Part shown: in pieces, positions 1 through 10,851 of the stretch
How the letters are laid out: each line of letters begins with the position of its first letter
How positions within the stretch are numbered: position 1 is the first letter of the stretch
Assembly (NCBI GenBank): GCA_030295235.1
Contig: AP026167.1
Span: forward strand, 620,001-684,000
Source: Fistulifera solaris
Taxonomy: Eukaryota
Direction of reading: 5' to 3'
Length of the DNA: 64,000 nucleotides
Translations under genes and position numbers: made by a program
Notes under the pieces: model-generated
Seen by the model: only the letters and a program-made list of their open reading frames with translations
Told to the model about the DNA's origin: nothing
Databases searched by the model: none

Positions 1-383
1 ATGAACAAGTCGATGGAAGCCACTTTTGCGAGTGTTTGCTTTGTCAATAGATTGACACTCTCTGGCTGGGAAAGATCGGCGGTGATGCAGTGAACGGTTA
101 TCGACTGACATCGATCTTGACACTCGCGTTGCACCTCTTCTAACCGTTCCTGGCTGCGTGCGGACAAAATCAAAGTCGACGCACCGCATTCGGCCAAAGC
201 CAAGGCCAGTGACTTTCCCAGACCACTTGAAGCACCCGTAATAACGCAGGTCTGGCCTGCAAAGGCTTGTTGGGATGTTGCCATTTGAAGATTCGACGTA
301 ACTCGTGACGGCAAAGAACGAGGTGCGAAAGCGTAGACCGATGGAACCACAATGAAAAAGACCAGCCAGCGTAGGCTTGTCAT
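1..383 (-). CDS. Short-chain dehydrogenase/reductase with bipartite plastid-targeting leader; 3' end runs off the window
   Basis: Not in the ORF track. ATG at 383 reads MTSLRWLVFFIVVPSVYA-FAP (signal peptide + ASAFAP-like motif), then the SDR Rossmann motif VITGASSGLG, LILSARS and ADLS. Open to the window edge. Confidence 0.85.
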   Translation of the reverse strand, partial: MTSLRWLVFFIVVPSVYAFAPRSLPSRVTSNLQMATSQQAFAGQTCVITGASSGLGKSLALALAECGASTLILSARSQERLEEVQRECQDRCQSITVHCITADLSQPESVNLLTKQTLAKVASIDLF

Positions 384-479
384 GTAAAAGTGAACTATGT
401 GTTCCACGCAGAGATCTACAATTACGCCTTCAAACAAGGCTTCTTTTCATCATACAGCACCATACCAGGTAGAAAGAGT

Positions 480-1046
480 GAACAAGAAAAAGACGCCTAA
501 CAGATGGAATGTTTTCGAAAGTCTACGTGAGATTCACGTAGACCTCAGTAGCGAAATTTATCAACGTAGGGAAACCCGGATATAGTAGAACTAGTTTGCA
601 TTCGACATCATCCAGTTTTCGGGTATGTATGATAACAATGCCATAAAACCATGAACCAATATCGATATCTTGCAATTCTAACAGTTTCCACAATGAATAC
701 GAAAGCAAAACGAAAGAAAGACTGAAGATACAACGCTTCAAAAGTCTACGTGAAATTCACGTTGGCCTCGTAGGAATTTTATCGATGCAGGTAGCCACCA
801 ATGCTCCTATCGAATTCGACCTCTTCGATTCTCGGGTCAGACAGCAACCAATTTCATCGTAACATTCCTCAACATAGGTGCACATAACCACTGAGCAAGA
901 ATTGACACTCATTGGAACACCGAACATAAAAAAAGACGACAGATGCAATGTGGCGGATGTTTTCGTGGTGATTATCACGTAGGCCCCGTGGGGAAATTTA
1001 TCAACGGACGGGGCACCCGGATATTGTGTTAGGCGACATCATCCAG
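480..1046. repeat. Degenerate ~220-bp tandem repeat, three copies, with a hairpin core
   Basis: AAAGTCTACGTGA at 518 and 741. GAAATTTATCAACG at 553 and 993. ACCCGGATAT at 574 and 1015. CGACATCATCCAG at 603 and 1034. Perfect 10-bp inverted repeat at 521-543. Confidence 0.75.
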
Positions 1047-1425
1047 AGAAACATGCTTTTATTTTCGTATCAAGATTTATCAAGAGAAAGTAAGCATACA
1101 CTTATTATTTAGCGAATAAGAGAAAAGAGCGATATATTCGGCATTTCTCTTGGCACCCCGTAATGAAGGTTTTAGAGGAATATTGAGATCAGTCGCCTCC
1201 TTAGTTATTCTCAGTTGTCCATCGGTAGAATGAAGTTGCATGATAAATTTGTGGACTTCTAAACGGATTGGAATTTGTATGATAAGGCGATGTCAAAATC
1301 GCTAGCTTTCGTGTGTCTCTAGTGTCAAAAGTGCACGAGTCCCACTCAAGTAGCTCTCATCTTTACTGCCATTCTTCGTTCGTTTCGTTAATCAGCTGCT
1401 TCCACTTGCATCTTTCATTATTTCC

Positions 1426-2337
1426 TCATCCATTCAATTTGAGCAAAACGCCCACCGGTATATGATCCGACGGTACTTGTTCGTTGGGCCAGGACTGTGG
1501 AGGATACGTCCCGTCGCCACGACGCACAACATTGCCGTATTTCCATCGATCTTCGACCCGCAAGACCGGCGATACCCAAATATAATCGAGGATCGAACCC
1601 CCGGCAAACGTAGGTTGTTGTTGAGATGCTTGTGTGTCGATGAGCGGCAATAGTTGCTGCGCCCACGACGGTGCTTCGAGCCAAATCTTTTGATGATCCC
1701 AGGGCAGCACCTGCGGTATTCGCCCCGTGGCCAAAATTTGGTAAATTGGATGAGCCGCTGCTTCCCACAGATTGAAATCTCCCGTTAGTATCAGAGGAGC
1801 GGATTGATGTCGTTCGCTTTGATGGTAGTGCACCCTCTGTAAGAGTGATTTGAGTTGATTGAAGCGCGTTTCATCTTTATCAGCTCCCGCTTCCAAATGC
1901 ACACAAGCTACATACCACGGCTGAGCCGAAGTCCGGTGCTCCAAAATACACAACAACGCTCGTGATCGTGATTCCGTATGTAAGACCTTCCAGTGTGCGT
2001 TTCGTACGAGAATTGCACAAGCGACGGGATGATGGGGGACGTGTTGTAAAATGGTCGTATGCGTGTCCTGAAATGCGGCTTGCAAGTCTTCCCATTTATC
2101 TACTTGCACTTCTTGTAAGCAGATAATATCATTGGTTGGAGATTGCTGTAAAATATCGATAATGAGCGCTTGACGATACGACCAGTCCAGATGATCTCTG
2201 AAAGGATATTTGGGAGCGACAGCGTATTGCGGTGCCAGTAAATTCCATGTAACGATTCCGACGCTTTGAGAAGACGATGATGTTAATGCTGTAGCTATAG
2301 AGTAGAGAAAAGGAGTTAAGAAGCATAACAGAATCAT
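1426..2337 (-). CDS. Endonuclease/exonuclease/phosphatase family protein (CCR4/nocturnin/Angel-like) with N-terminal signal peptide
   Basis: EEP motifs VTWNLLA, DIICLQEV, VHLEAG, TGDFN, LDYIW and PSDHIPV. Confidence 0.9.
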   Translation of the reverse strand: MILLCFLTPFLYSIATALTSSSSQSVGIVTWNLLAPQYAVAPKYPFRDHLDWSYRQALIIDILQQSPTNDIICLQEVQVDKWEDLQAAFQDTHTTILQHVPHHPVACAILVRNAHWKVLHTESRSRALLCILEHRTSAQPWYVACVHLEAGADKDETRFNQLKSLLQRVHYHQSERHQSAPLILTGDFNLWEAAAHPIYQILATGRIPQVLPWDHQKIWLEAPSWAQQLLPLIDTQASQQQPTFAGGSILDYIWVSPVLRVEDRWKYGNVVRRGDGTYPPQSWPNEQVPSDHIPVGVLLKLNG

Positions 2338-2616
2338 TTGGAAGAATGATAAACATCAAATTGCAATCCCCATTGTCAAGGTGCTTCATTATTTTTTTTA
2401 TCGCGTCGTTCGTCGCTTGAATCGATGATGCATGCTTCGTGACTGCAATCCAGTCGCGGTCATGTGTCGTCAACACTTTGGAGTAGAGTAGTTGATGGCT
2501 GAAACGTGACTCGAAACGCTGCACTTGGGTCACGAGCGAGAAGCGCGAAAAATAATGATTTTATTGTTCATTGACATCATTATTTTAAGCTCATTTATTT
2601 TTCAGCAGAAATAATA

Positions 2617-3549
2617 ATGACCACGACAACGACAATGCTACCCTTTCAATCTCTTTTCCTGCAACTAGTTCTTTTTGCAACATATTGGTATTACGGAACT
2701 GCACTCGCTGGTTCCGCTGTGCAACCTTTCCAGAAACAAAAGATTGCCGTTTTGGGCGGCGGCGGATACACGGGAGGTCTCGTCTTTGGCTTTTTGCAAC
2801 GCGCGGGTTCCTTGTACGGAACCGGCATTGATCGATCTGTCCGGTGTTTGGGTGCCACGCAAGATACGTCGGTGCAGTTGAATCGAATCTTGTCGAAACA
2901 TTTTTGTTTGGCCATGGCCGATGCGTCCTACATCAAACTCACCAATTTCCAAGATCCGGCGTCGATTGCGAGTCGATTGGCAGGATATGATGCACTTGTG
3001 CTGGGAACTGGGTGGGAGACCAAAATACGACCCGTTACACCGAATACGTACGAGATTACACCGAACGATAAAACAGTTGAGTTGTACTGGCAAGGAAGCG
3101 CAAATGACTATAAGAATGAAGCCAACCCGGAAGCCTTTCAAATCGTCCAGAAAGTGATACAAGCATCCCCACATTTGAAGCATATTGTTGCATTAGATCC
3201 AAATGGATCATGTTTGCCGCTTTTACAGGAAGGATCGGTACCTTTTACTTGCTTGCAAACCTCTAGCCCCATTTTAACCACCAAAGATTACACCTATCGC
3301 AAAGGTGTCCAAACACCGTTGTCCGTTGCATCGTCAACTCCTAGCTCCGACCCTTTGTATATCGAAGATTTGGCGGCGCTGGCCGTACAATGTCTTTTGA
3401 GTTTGGATTGGAGTACGAGTCGGTCGTTGCACGTGTCGCGATCTACTACAGCCATCCCTCTTACCAACCTCAAGCGTCCCGATCAAGAGTGGTGTGTGAA
3501 TTCGTATCAACTGGAAGCGGCCTTGCGCGCTACTGCGAGTGTCAAGTAA
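2617..3549 (+). CDS. NAD(P)-binding Rossmann-like protein with signal peptide, function unknown
   Basis: 310-aa ORF with a hydrophobic leader, then KIAVLGGGGYTGG and GYDALVLGTG. Confidence 0.65.
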   Translation: MTTTTTMLPFQSLFLQLVLFATYWYYGTALAGSAVQPFQKQKIAVLGGGGYTGGLVFGFLQRAGSLYGTGIDRSVRCLGATQDTSVQLNRILSKHFCLAMADASYIKLTNFQDPASIASRLAGYDALVLGTGWETKIRPVTPNTYEITPNDKTVELYWQGSANDYKNEANPEAFQIVQKVIQASPHLKHIVALDPNGSCLPLLQEGSVPFTCLQTSSPILTTKDYTYRKGVQTPLSVASSTPSSDPLYIEDLAALAVQCLLSLDWSTSRSLHVSRSTTAIPLTNLKRPDQEWCVNSYQLEAALRATASVK

Positions 3550-3915
3550 GAAATGGAATGAAACAACGACCGCAGTGAGTATCCATTATTATTATTTGGC
3601 AATGTTTCTCTTGGGTACCAGGTTTGATCAGAAATAATTTTCCATCTAGAATCATTGCTTGCTTTATTAATTATATTGCGAGATCTTGTTGTAGGAAGAA
3701 GGTTCGGTCTTTCCATTATTGATAAAGCTAAAAGGACAGAAATATCAGTCATGAGTATGCGGGATTGCCTGACGATGAAAACGAGAGGTCGAGAAAACGC
3801 TTCACTTATCTTGTCGCAAACATGAGAAAGAAAAAAAGGGGGCAACAAAAAGCAGCACCAAAAGAAATTGTTTTACAAAACGAAACTGCAACACAAATCA
3901 ACTTTTACAATAGCA

Positions 3916-6644
3916 ATGGTTCGCGGAAATTGGCAAAAACGCGTCGAACTAGCCGATGCGCGACGCAAAGAGGCGAAACAGCGCAAACAAAAGAATGAGG
4001 ATCGCAAGCAAAGTAAATTGTGGGTTCAAGATTTGTTTCAATTGCTAGACAAACATACCAATCTACTCTCTGGTCGTCAAATACATTTATGGACGGATAC
4101 ATTGCCGTCGGATGGTCCGCCCTTGCTCGATTTGATCGATGACGAGTATTCTTCGTCCAAACGACGATCGAGGGGCAATTCGATTACCGAATCCGACGTG
4201 ACGCGGAAAGGACGATCCAATTCCGTGACGGAACACAAACCGAAAAGAAAGTTCATCCCCGCAGTCGCGAAGCTGAGCAAGATAATGGGGATGATGCTGT
4301 AGAATTGCCGCTGCTCTGTCGATCGCACTTTTTGTTTGGCAAATGCGAAGAAGCATCCTCGGGTCGGAAGAAAGGAGCTACGAACAATAACTATTGTCGC
4401 CATTTCCACTATCCAAACCATTTCAAAACACTGGGTCAAGTTCTGAATACGAAAGATACGCGGTCCAATCAGCACGAACTGATTGCGTGTGACGCTTCTT
4501 TGGAAGAGCCGTTTGAGACGGAAGCGAATACCATGGATATGATTTACCATGTTCCGATTGATTTAAATATTAACAAAATTTGCAGTGATTCGATTTCCAA
4601 GTCACTTTCAGAAAAGAAAATTCTACTATCCGATATTGTCTATGTTGCCGTGAACGGAATTCTTCTCTTTGATCGCAACCGAGAAGGACTGGTCGTTTCC
4701 GACGAAACCGATTGGGCGAACGGAATAGGAGGCAATGGCTTCAAATCACCTCGCAAATCGTTGGTCGGAACGGAAGCTACTTTTTGTTTCAGTACACTTC
4801 CTGGTGCCATTTTGGAACTCATGTTGACGTTCCTTTCGGACAATGCGGTGGCCGCGTGTTCTCAAGTGTGTAAAGGATGGTATCACGAAATTGGGCAAAA
4901 TTCGCCCCAATTGTGGCGTCACTTACTGGAACGACGAAATTGGCCGCTGCCCACTTTCGACGTGCCGCCTTCAACTACCTCTCAGCAACAGCAATTTCGC
5001 GATGCCTTTCTGGGCCATTACACCGCCATTCGAGATGCTCGGGCCATTCAAATCGGCCTGAATGTCCTCGATGGCAGCAAAAAGGTTTCTGGTCCCCGAG
5101 AGATGGCGTTTCATGACTTCTCCACAAGAAAATTTGCGCCCGCCGAGAACAGTTACTGTATGAGTGTCCATGCGTGGGACGAAAACAGAGTTTTGGCATC
5201 CTACGATCGAGACTGCTCACTACGACTGTTCGAATCGCGAATATCTGAAAATAACGAGGATATGGTGTGTAAGGAGTTGATTTGCCAATCGGTGGATCCG
5301 TATAAAAACACGAAGAAGCGCAAATGCCGGCTTTTGGCGGCCGACCTGGACGAAGAGTGCATTGCATCTCTCTGCATCGTGAGCACAGACCATGTGAATG
5401 TTCATGCGTATATTCTTGTTATTGTCAATCGAGACGACTTTCTACTAGGTGAAAGTAGTTTCGCATCGGTAGAAGGAGGAGGTGGATCCGATGCGTATTT
5501 GAATGTTGTTGATATCGGTGAAGCTGTTTTGAACTACATGTTTAATGTTGGATATGCAAACCCAGGAACAGTTCAAATTTTGACTACTTTGGTCGAATTC
5601 CTTCAAGATGGCGGTGAGGTCGGCCAGGTAGACGTTACCGTGTCGCATAGTTTTGCAGCGTGTGGATACGGGCGATTCATGCTCGAAATCAGCATCGCCA
5701 TTCCGGGAAATGATGGGGACCCAATACAAGTTGGGCGAAAACTAGTATTGTTTTCTGCCAGTGTTGGAGCCATTGTGTGGGTCGGAGAATGTCCCGCTTA
5801 TGACAATTTGCTGTTGCCTCTCGGCCAATCGGTCACATTTTCTTCCATTCGTCGTCGCCATGCCACAGGCTCACGGAGAGCCTGTACTGTCGCCGTGACT
5901 CCGAGTAGTCTTCCAGGTCAGGTTTTGCTCATCGATATTGAGCCTGCAGGTGAGTTACTTCAGCCACAGGTGTTTGAATGTCCTGAAGCGACACAGCTTT
6001 TTCTACGAGAAGGTGAATGGGAAATGGGACGGCCATTTCGTTCTATTGTATTGAGCTCGACCACAGTTATTGTCGTCGAGAATCTTCTCTCGGTCAATCA
6101 AGGAGCAGACCGACGAAACGAAATCCATGTAACATTTTTTCATCGGGTCCCATCCACCGCGTCTACACAGACTCTTACATTGAACGACATGATTGCACTG
6201 CAGTCGACCTGTGTTCGCGATGAATATTTGTTTGTACTATACGCCGACCGCCTCGAGAGTAATGACGAGGAAAATGACGCAGAAGTTTTGGATGGACAAT
6301 GGTTCGGAGCAGGACCTCGCGGTCCACCATGCATGTGGGTAGTCATTTTCCATATACCAACTTTCTGTGAGATTGGTCGCCAGGTTTGGCAGAGAAACAC
6401 GCACCCGTTCAACGAGGACCTTCGAAGTATTGTCATGACGCATGATGGAAATGAGACGCTTGGAGTTGGGTTATCATGGAAAGGGATTATAATGACTGGA
6501 GACCACGTCCGTGCCGCAAAGTACCAGAGAGCCGTAATAATAAATGATTCTGGAGACCTCAGCGGGAAGAAAAAGAAAAAGAAGAAACCTGTAAAGTCCG
6601 CCAAGAAAGATGGCTATGCTAGGGGAATGTCTCTCCGAGGATAG
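3916..6644 (+). CDS. CCCH-type zinc finger + F-box protein (one frameshift near 4245)
   Basis: MVRGNWQKRVE... joins the 779-aa ORF if one A is added in CCGAAAAGAAA, giving KKVHPRSREAEQDNGDDAVELPLLCRSH. Contains CRSHFLFGKC...CRHFH, the F-box FSTLPGAILELMLTFLSDNAVAACSQVCKGWY and a C-terminal poly-K tract. Confidence 0.75.
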
Positions 6645-7359
6645 TGTATCTTTGCAAGCCGAGAATGTAGCATTCAATGTGAAAGATTTTGACTCATGTA
6701 ATCTATGGCAAGATCAAGCAAAAAGTCATGCGCGCGTTCAGCATGTGAACTGTCGTTGGTTTGGCTAACTCTGGGCGTTGACGATACGAAACGATGCCAA
6801 ATGGCATGATAATAAGCATGTTTACTTGCACCGGAGGACAAACTCAACATAGTTTGATGTGCGGGCTCGTTCGACAAGTTTTGATCGAAACGGTTTTGAG
6901 ATGAGGTGCAAACTATTGTAAGTCTTAACAAATAAAGTTTATGAACTAATACCAGTCCAAAGCAGAAACTGAAACCAATTAGTAAGGTTATTACTCTTTG
7001 CCTAAAGCAGACAGAAGATCCTTGGGTGTAAATGGTTGTTTGTTATAGCTTCTTCGCACGCGTCGTCCGTCTATGTACGTACAAAGAAAGTAATACAAAG
7101 TATGCTCAAATTCATTTTTATCTCATGAAGCTTGTGATCGTCTGCGTACTGCGTACCAAAATTCCGACTGAATTTGATTTCAGTCCCGAATTTGAAATGG
7201 ACGGGCGCACGGACGCGAAGTCGAGAAAGGAAAAAAGATGATAGTCCGGATTCCGGAGTACCAGGGTAATGCAAAGGAACCAAGAACAAAATTGATGTTA
7301 GTTAATCATTCAATCTCTTCTTCATCTTGGACCTTTGTATTGTTGTTATCATCTAGCAA

Positions 7360-10300
7360 ATGATCTTCTTCGTTCTGGGATGTACCATTGCGGTTGCGGC
7401 GCTGATACAAGCTAGCATATCGCAAGGCCTGCCGCTCGAACAACTTGGTATGAGACCTTCCAATGCTAGCCTTGTTTTCGTCACGGACGATCGAAATGCT
7501 CACGTATCTTACTTTTAGGTGTTCGAAGCAGAGGACGCGGGCTTTTATCCTGGTTTTATCACTACTGCGTCGATGGCGTCGGAGTTGCCGGCTACGATCC
7601 TATTTTGGGCGCTTTCTCTCCTCCTTTACGAGTCCTGTTTCACATTTCGTTTGTCTTGATGCTTTGGGCAGTCGTTATCTCGACTTATGATTCTCTGCAA
7701 AGGGAGTTTGGGATCCGTTGGGAGTTTCCTGGCATGAAATCAGAAATTTCGTTGTCCCTGTTCTTGTTGTCGCTTTCTATATATCTCTTCTTCCTGTTTT
7801 TGACGCAATACTTCTTGCCCGCTGTTTCGGATCCGGGTGGTCCCCGACCCCATCGCATTCAGAGACAGCCCCAATGGGAGAATCGACCCATTCCACTGCC
7901 GGAAAGTATGAAGCAGTGGCGTTGTGTCATTGCGGAAGAATCGCACGCGATTACCGAAGAAGCCTTCGGCGAGTCGCTTTTAACCGGAGAACCTTTTGGA
8001 CGTGATATGTGGACTCAAGAGCCTTACAAGTCAAAGTTAAAAGCAGTCGATGAGAAGCTTGTTCATGAGTTAGCATCTGGTGGTCGATCGGATAGTTTTA
8101 ATCCGTCTGTCAACCCGAACAGGTACGTTTGTTCTAGTTTTCGACGATGCAACAATTCCGAAACATGATGTCTCACTCTTTGTTTATAATCAATAGTGCT
8201 GACATACCCTACCGTGCGCAATTGATTCGAGAATATCTAGCCGCAGGAAATTCGCCACCTTCGTTGAAAAAGGAACCTCAATCAGTTCAAGCGGCTCTTC
8301 GTAAAGCCGTGCATTATTATTCAATGTTACAGCGCGACGACGGTCACTGGGGCGGTGACTATGGCGGCCCGCATTTTTTAATGCCGGGTTTGGTCGTCGC
8401 TTGGTATATTATGGGCAAACCAAAAAGTATGCTGGATGATGAATCAATAGAGCTGATGAAGCACTACATTCGCTGTCACCAACAGTCCGATGGGGGCTGG
8501 GGGACACATTTGGAGTCCCCGTCCACTCAGTTTGGCTCAGTCCTCATGTACCTCGCGTTGCGTTTGATGGGAGCTGACAAAGAGGATCCTACTTGTCAGA
8601 AAGGACTTCATTTCATTCGTTTACATGGTGGAGCTTTAATGACAGCATCTTGGGCGAAATTTTATTTATGTTTGGCTGGTTGCATGCATTGGGACGGTCA
8701 CAATTCCGTGCCTCCTGAAATGTGGTTATTGCCGAACTGGTTTCCTTTTCATCCTGGTCGAATGTGGTGCCATGCTCGAATGGTGTACCTCCCGATGGGC
8801 TATTTGTATGGTTCCAGGTATGTTTACACAGAAGCTGAGACTGATACGTTGATCAAAGATCTCAGACAAGAACTATACATACAGCCCTACGAATCCATCG
8901 ATTGGATCAAGACGCGACACATGGTGGCTCCGATGGACAATTACTCTCCCATTTCAAAACTGATGGAAACGGCGCAGAACCTTCTCGCTCGGTATGAAAC
9001 GTGGACTGTCTTTCAACCGCTCAAAAATCTAGTTCGGCCGCGAGGAATCAAGTTTTGCGCTGAGTACATGGCAGCAGAAGATCTGCAAACGAATTTCATC
9101 GATATTGGACCCGTGAATAAGGTTCTGAACATGATTTCCGCATACGATGTCGCCAATGGAAACTTAGAAGACCATAACGTGAAACGTCACATCGCCCGTG
9201 TTGCTGACTACATGTGGGTCGCGGAAGATGGAATGAAAATGAAAGGATACAATGGTAGTCAGTGCTGGGATACCTCGTTTGCCGTGCAGGGAATTTACGA
9301 GGCGGGTCTAATGGATGAATTTCCCGATGTCTCGAAACGAGTTTGGGCGTACCTGGAACGATGTCAGATTCTATCTACAGAGACATCAATGGCGACAGAA
9401 GCCTACAAATACGAGTCCGCTGCTTATCGTGCCCGATTCTATCGCCACATATCAAAAGGAGGGTGGCCTTTCAGCACTAGCGCACACGGTTGGCCCATTT
9501 CAGATTGTACGGGTGAAGGATTGAAAGGAGTTCTTTGTCTACTTAAGTCAAAGGCTGTGCTCGAGGGAATTGAGAACGGGACATTAAAAGCAATTAGCAC
9601 GAGACGATTAGAAGATGCTGCGAACATCCTCCTTACCTATCAGAACGAAGATGGTGGTTTCGCAACGTACGAAAACAACCGTGGTTTTGGATGGTATGAA
9701 GATCTCAATCCTTCGGAAGTGTTTGGATCAATAATGATCGACTACAGTTATTGTGAGTGTTCAATGGCTTCGTTGACCGCGTTGGTAGAATTCCATGAGA
9801 CATTTCCCGATCACCGATCGGACGAGATCTGCCATGCTATTGATAAAGGACGAGACTTTCTCAAGTCGTTGCAACGCCCGGATGGCTCATGGTATGGTTC
9901 GTGGGCGTGTTGTTTTTGTTACGGTGTCTGGTTTGGTATTGAGGGACTTGTGAAGTGTGGTGAGCCCAAGACATCACAGTCAGTGAAGAAGGCATGTCAG
10001 TTTCTTTTGCATCATCAGCGCCCTAATGGTGGCTGGGGAGAAGACTTCACGTCATGTTATGATAAAGATTACGCTGCGAACGGGATGGAAGTTTATGGCG
10101 ACGATGGAAGCGGAGTAGTGAACACGGCCTGGGCCTTGCTCGCTCTTTCTGCCGCCGAATGCGATGACATGGAAGCCATTCGTAAAGGTGTGAGATATTT
10201 GATGAAGCGGCAACTTCCTTGTGGCGACTGGCCGCAGGAAGGAATCGCTGGAGTATTCAATAGAGCTTGTGGCATTACCTACACCGCTTACAGAAACGTG

Positions 10301-10366
10301 TTTCCTATTTGGGCGCTCGGCAGGTGCAAGGCAACTTACGGCACCTTATTAGCCGATACAGCTTGA
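7360..10366 (+). CDS. OSC: Oxidosqualene cyclase (cycloartenol synthase type) with N-terminal hydrophobic extension; exons 7360-7447, 7519-8122, 8197-10366
   Basis: DGHWGGDYGGP, MWCHARMVY, QW repeats (QxxDGSW, QxPNGGW) and catalytic SDCTGE. MKGYNGSQ and HGWPIS carry the Tyr/His/Ile residues typical of cycloartenol synthases. Both GT-AG introns keep the frame. Confidence 0.93.
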
Positions 10367-10851
10367 AATTGAAGCCAAGCTGGAAACATATAAAATACTA
10401 AATCTCTGAAATGCAGTTCTCTCTAGCTTGACTCTTGACGACTTGTCTTGAGAGACGATAGAGGTCGACCTTTGGGTCAAGAAATACGAATAAGGCTTCA
10501 TCTTCCCGAGGCTAATACATCTTGACCTACTAGATTACTTGTTTTACTGTACCTGGTACTTGAAACTTGTGTTAAATTTTCTGTACTTGAAAAAATGGTC
10601 CCAAGTCCCAAGGCGTCATTGTCAATGAACTTTGACGTTCGTTAAGACATTATGACTGAACTCTATAGTTTTTGTAGTAGCTACTAATAATCCCATGGAA
10701 CTTCTTTTTGTTGAGGAGGCACAAAGGATGAAGGATGAAGGCATCAAATTTTGCGCGAGACTTAGTATCTGCCTGTGCTTGCTGTGCTGCCTTGGCTTAC
10801 TGAAGCAATCATTTCCGTCTCCCAATAATAACATCAACAAACAAGACAGTC

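Noticed and set aside
480..1046. CRISPR-like array (palindromic repeats at regular spacing)
   Set aside because: The repeats are degenerate, the period is about 220 bp, the intervening DNA is partly homologous, there are no cas genes and the context is eukaryotic.
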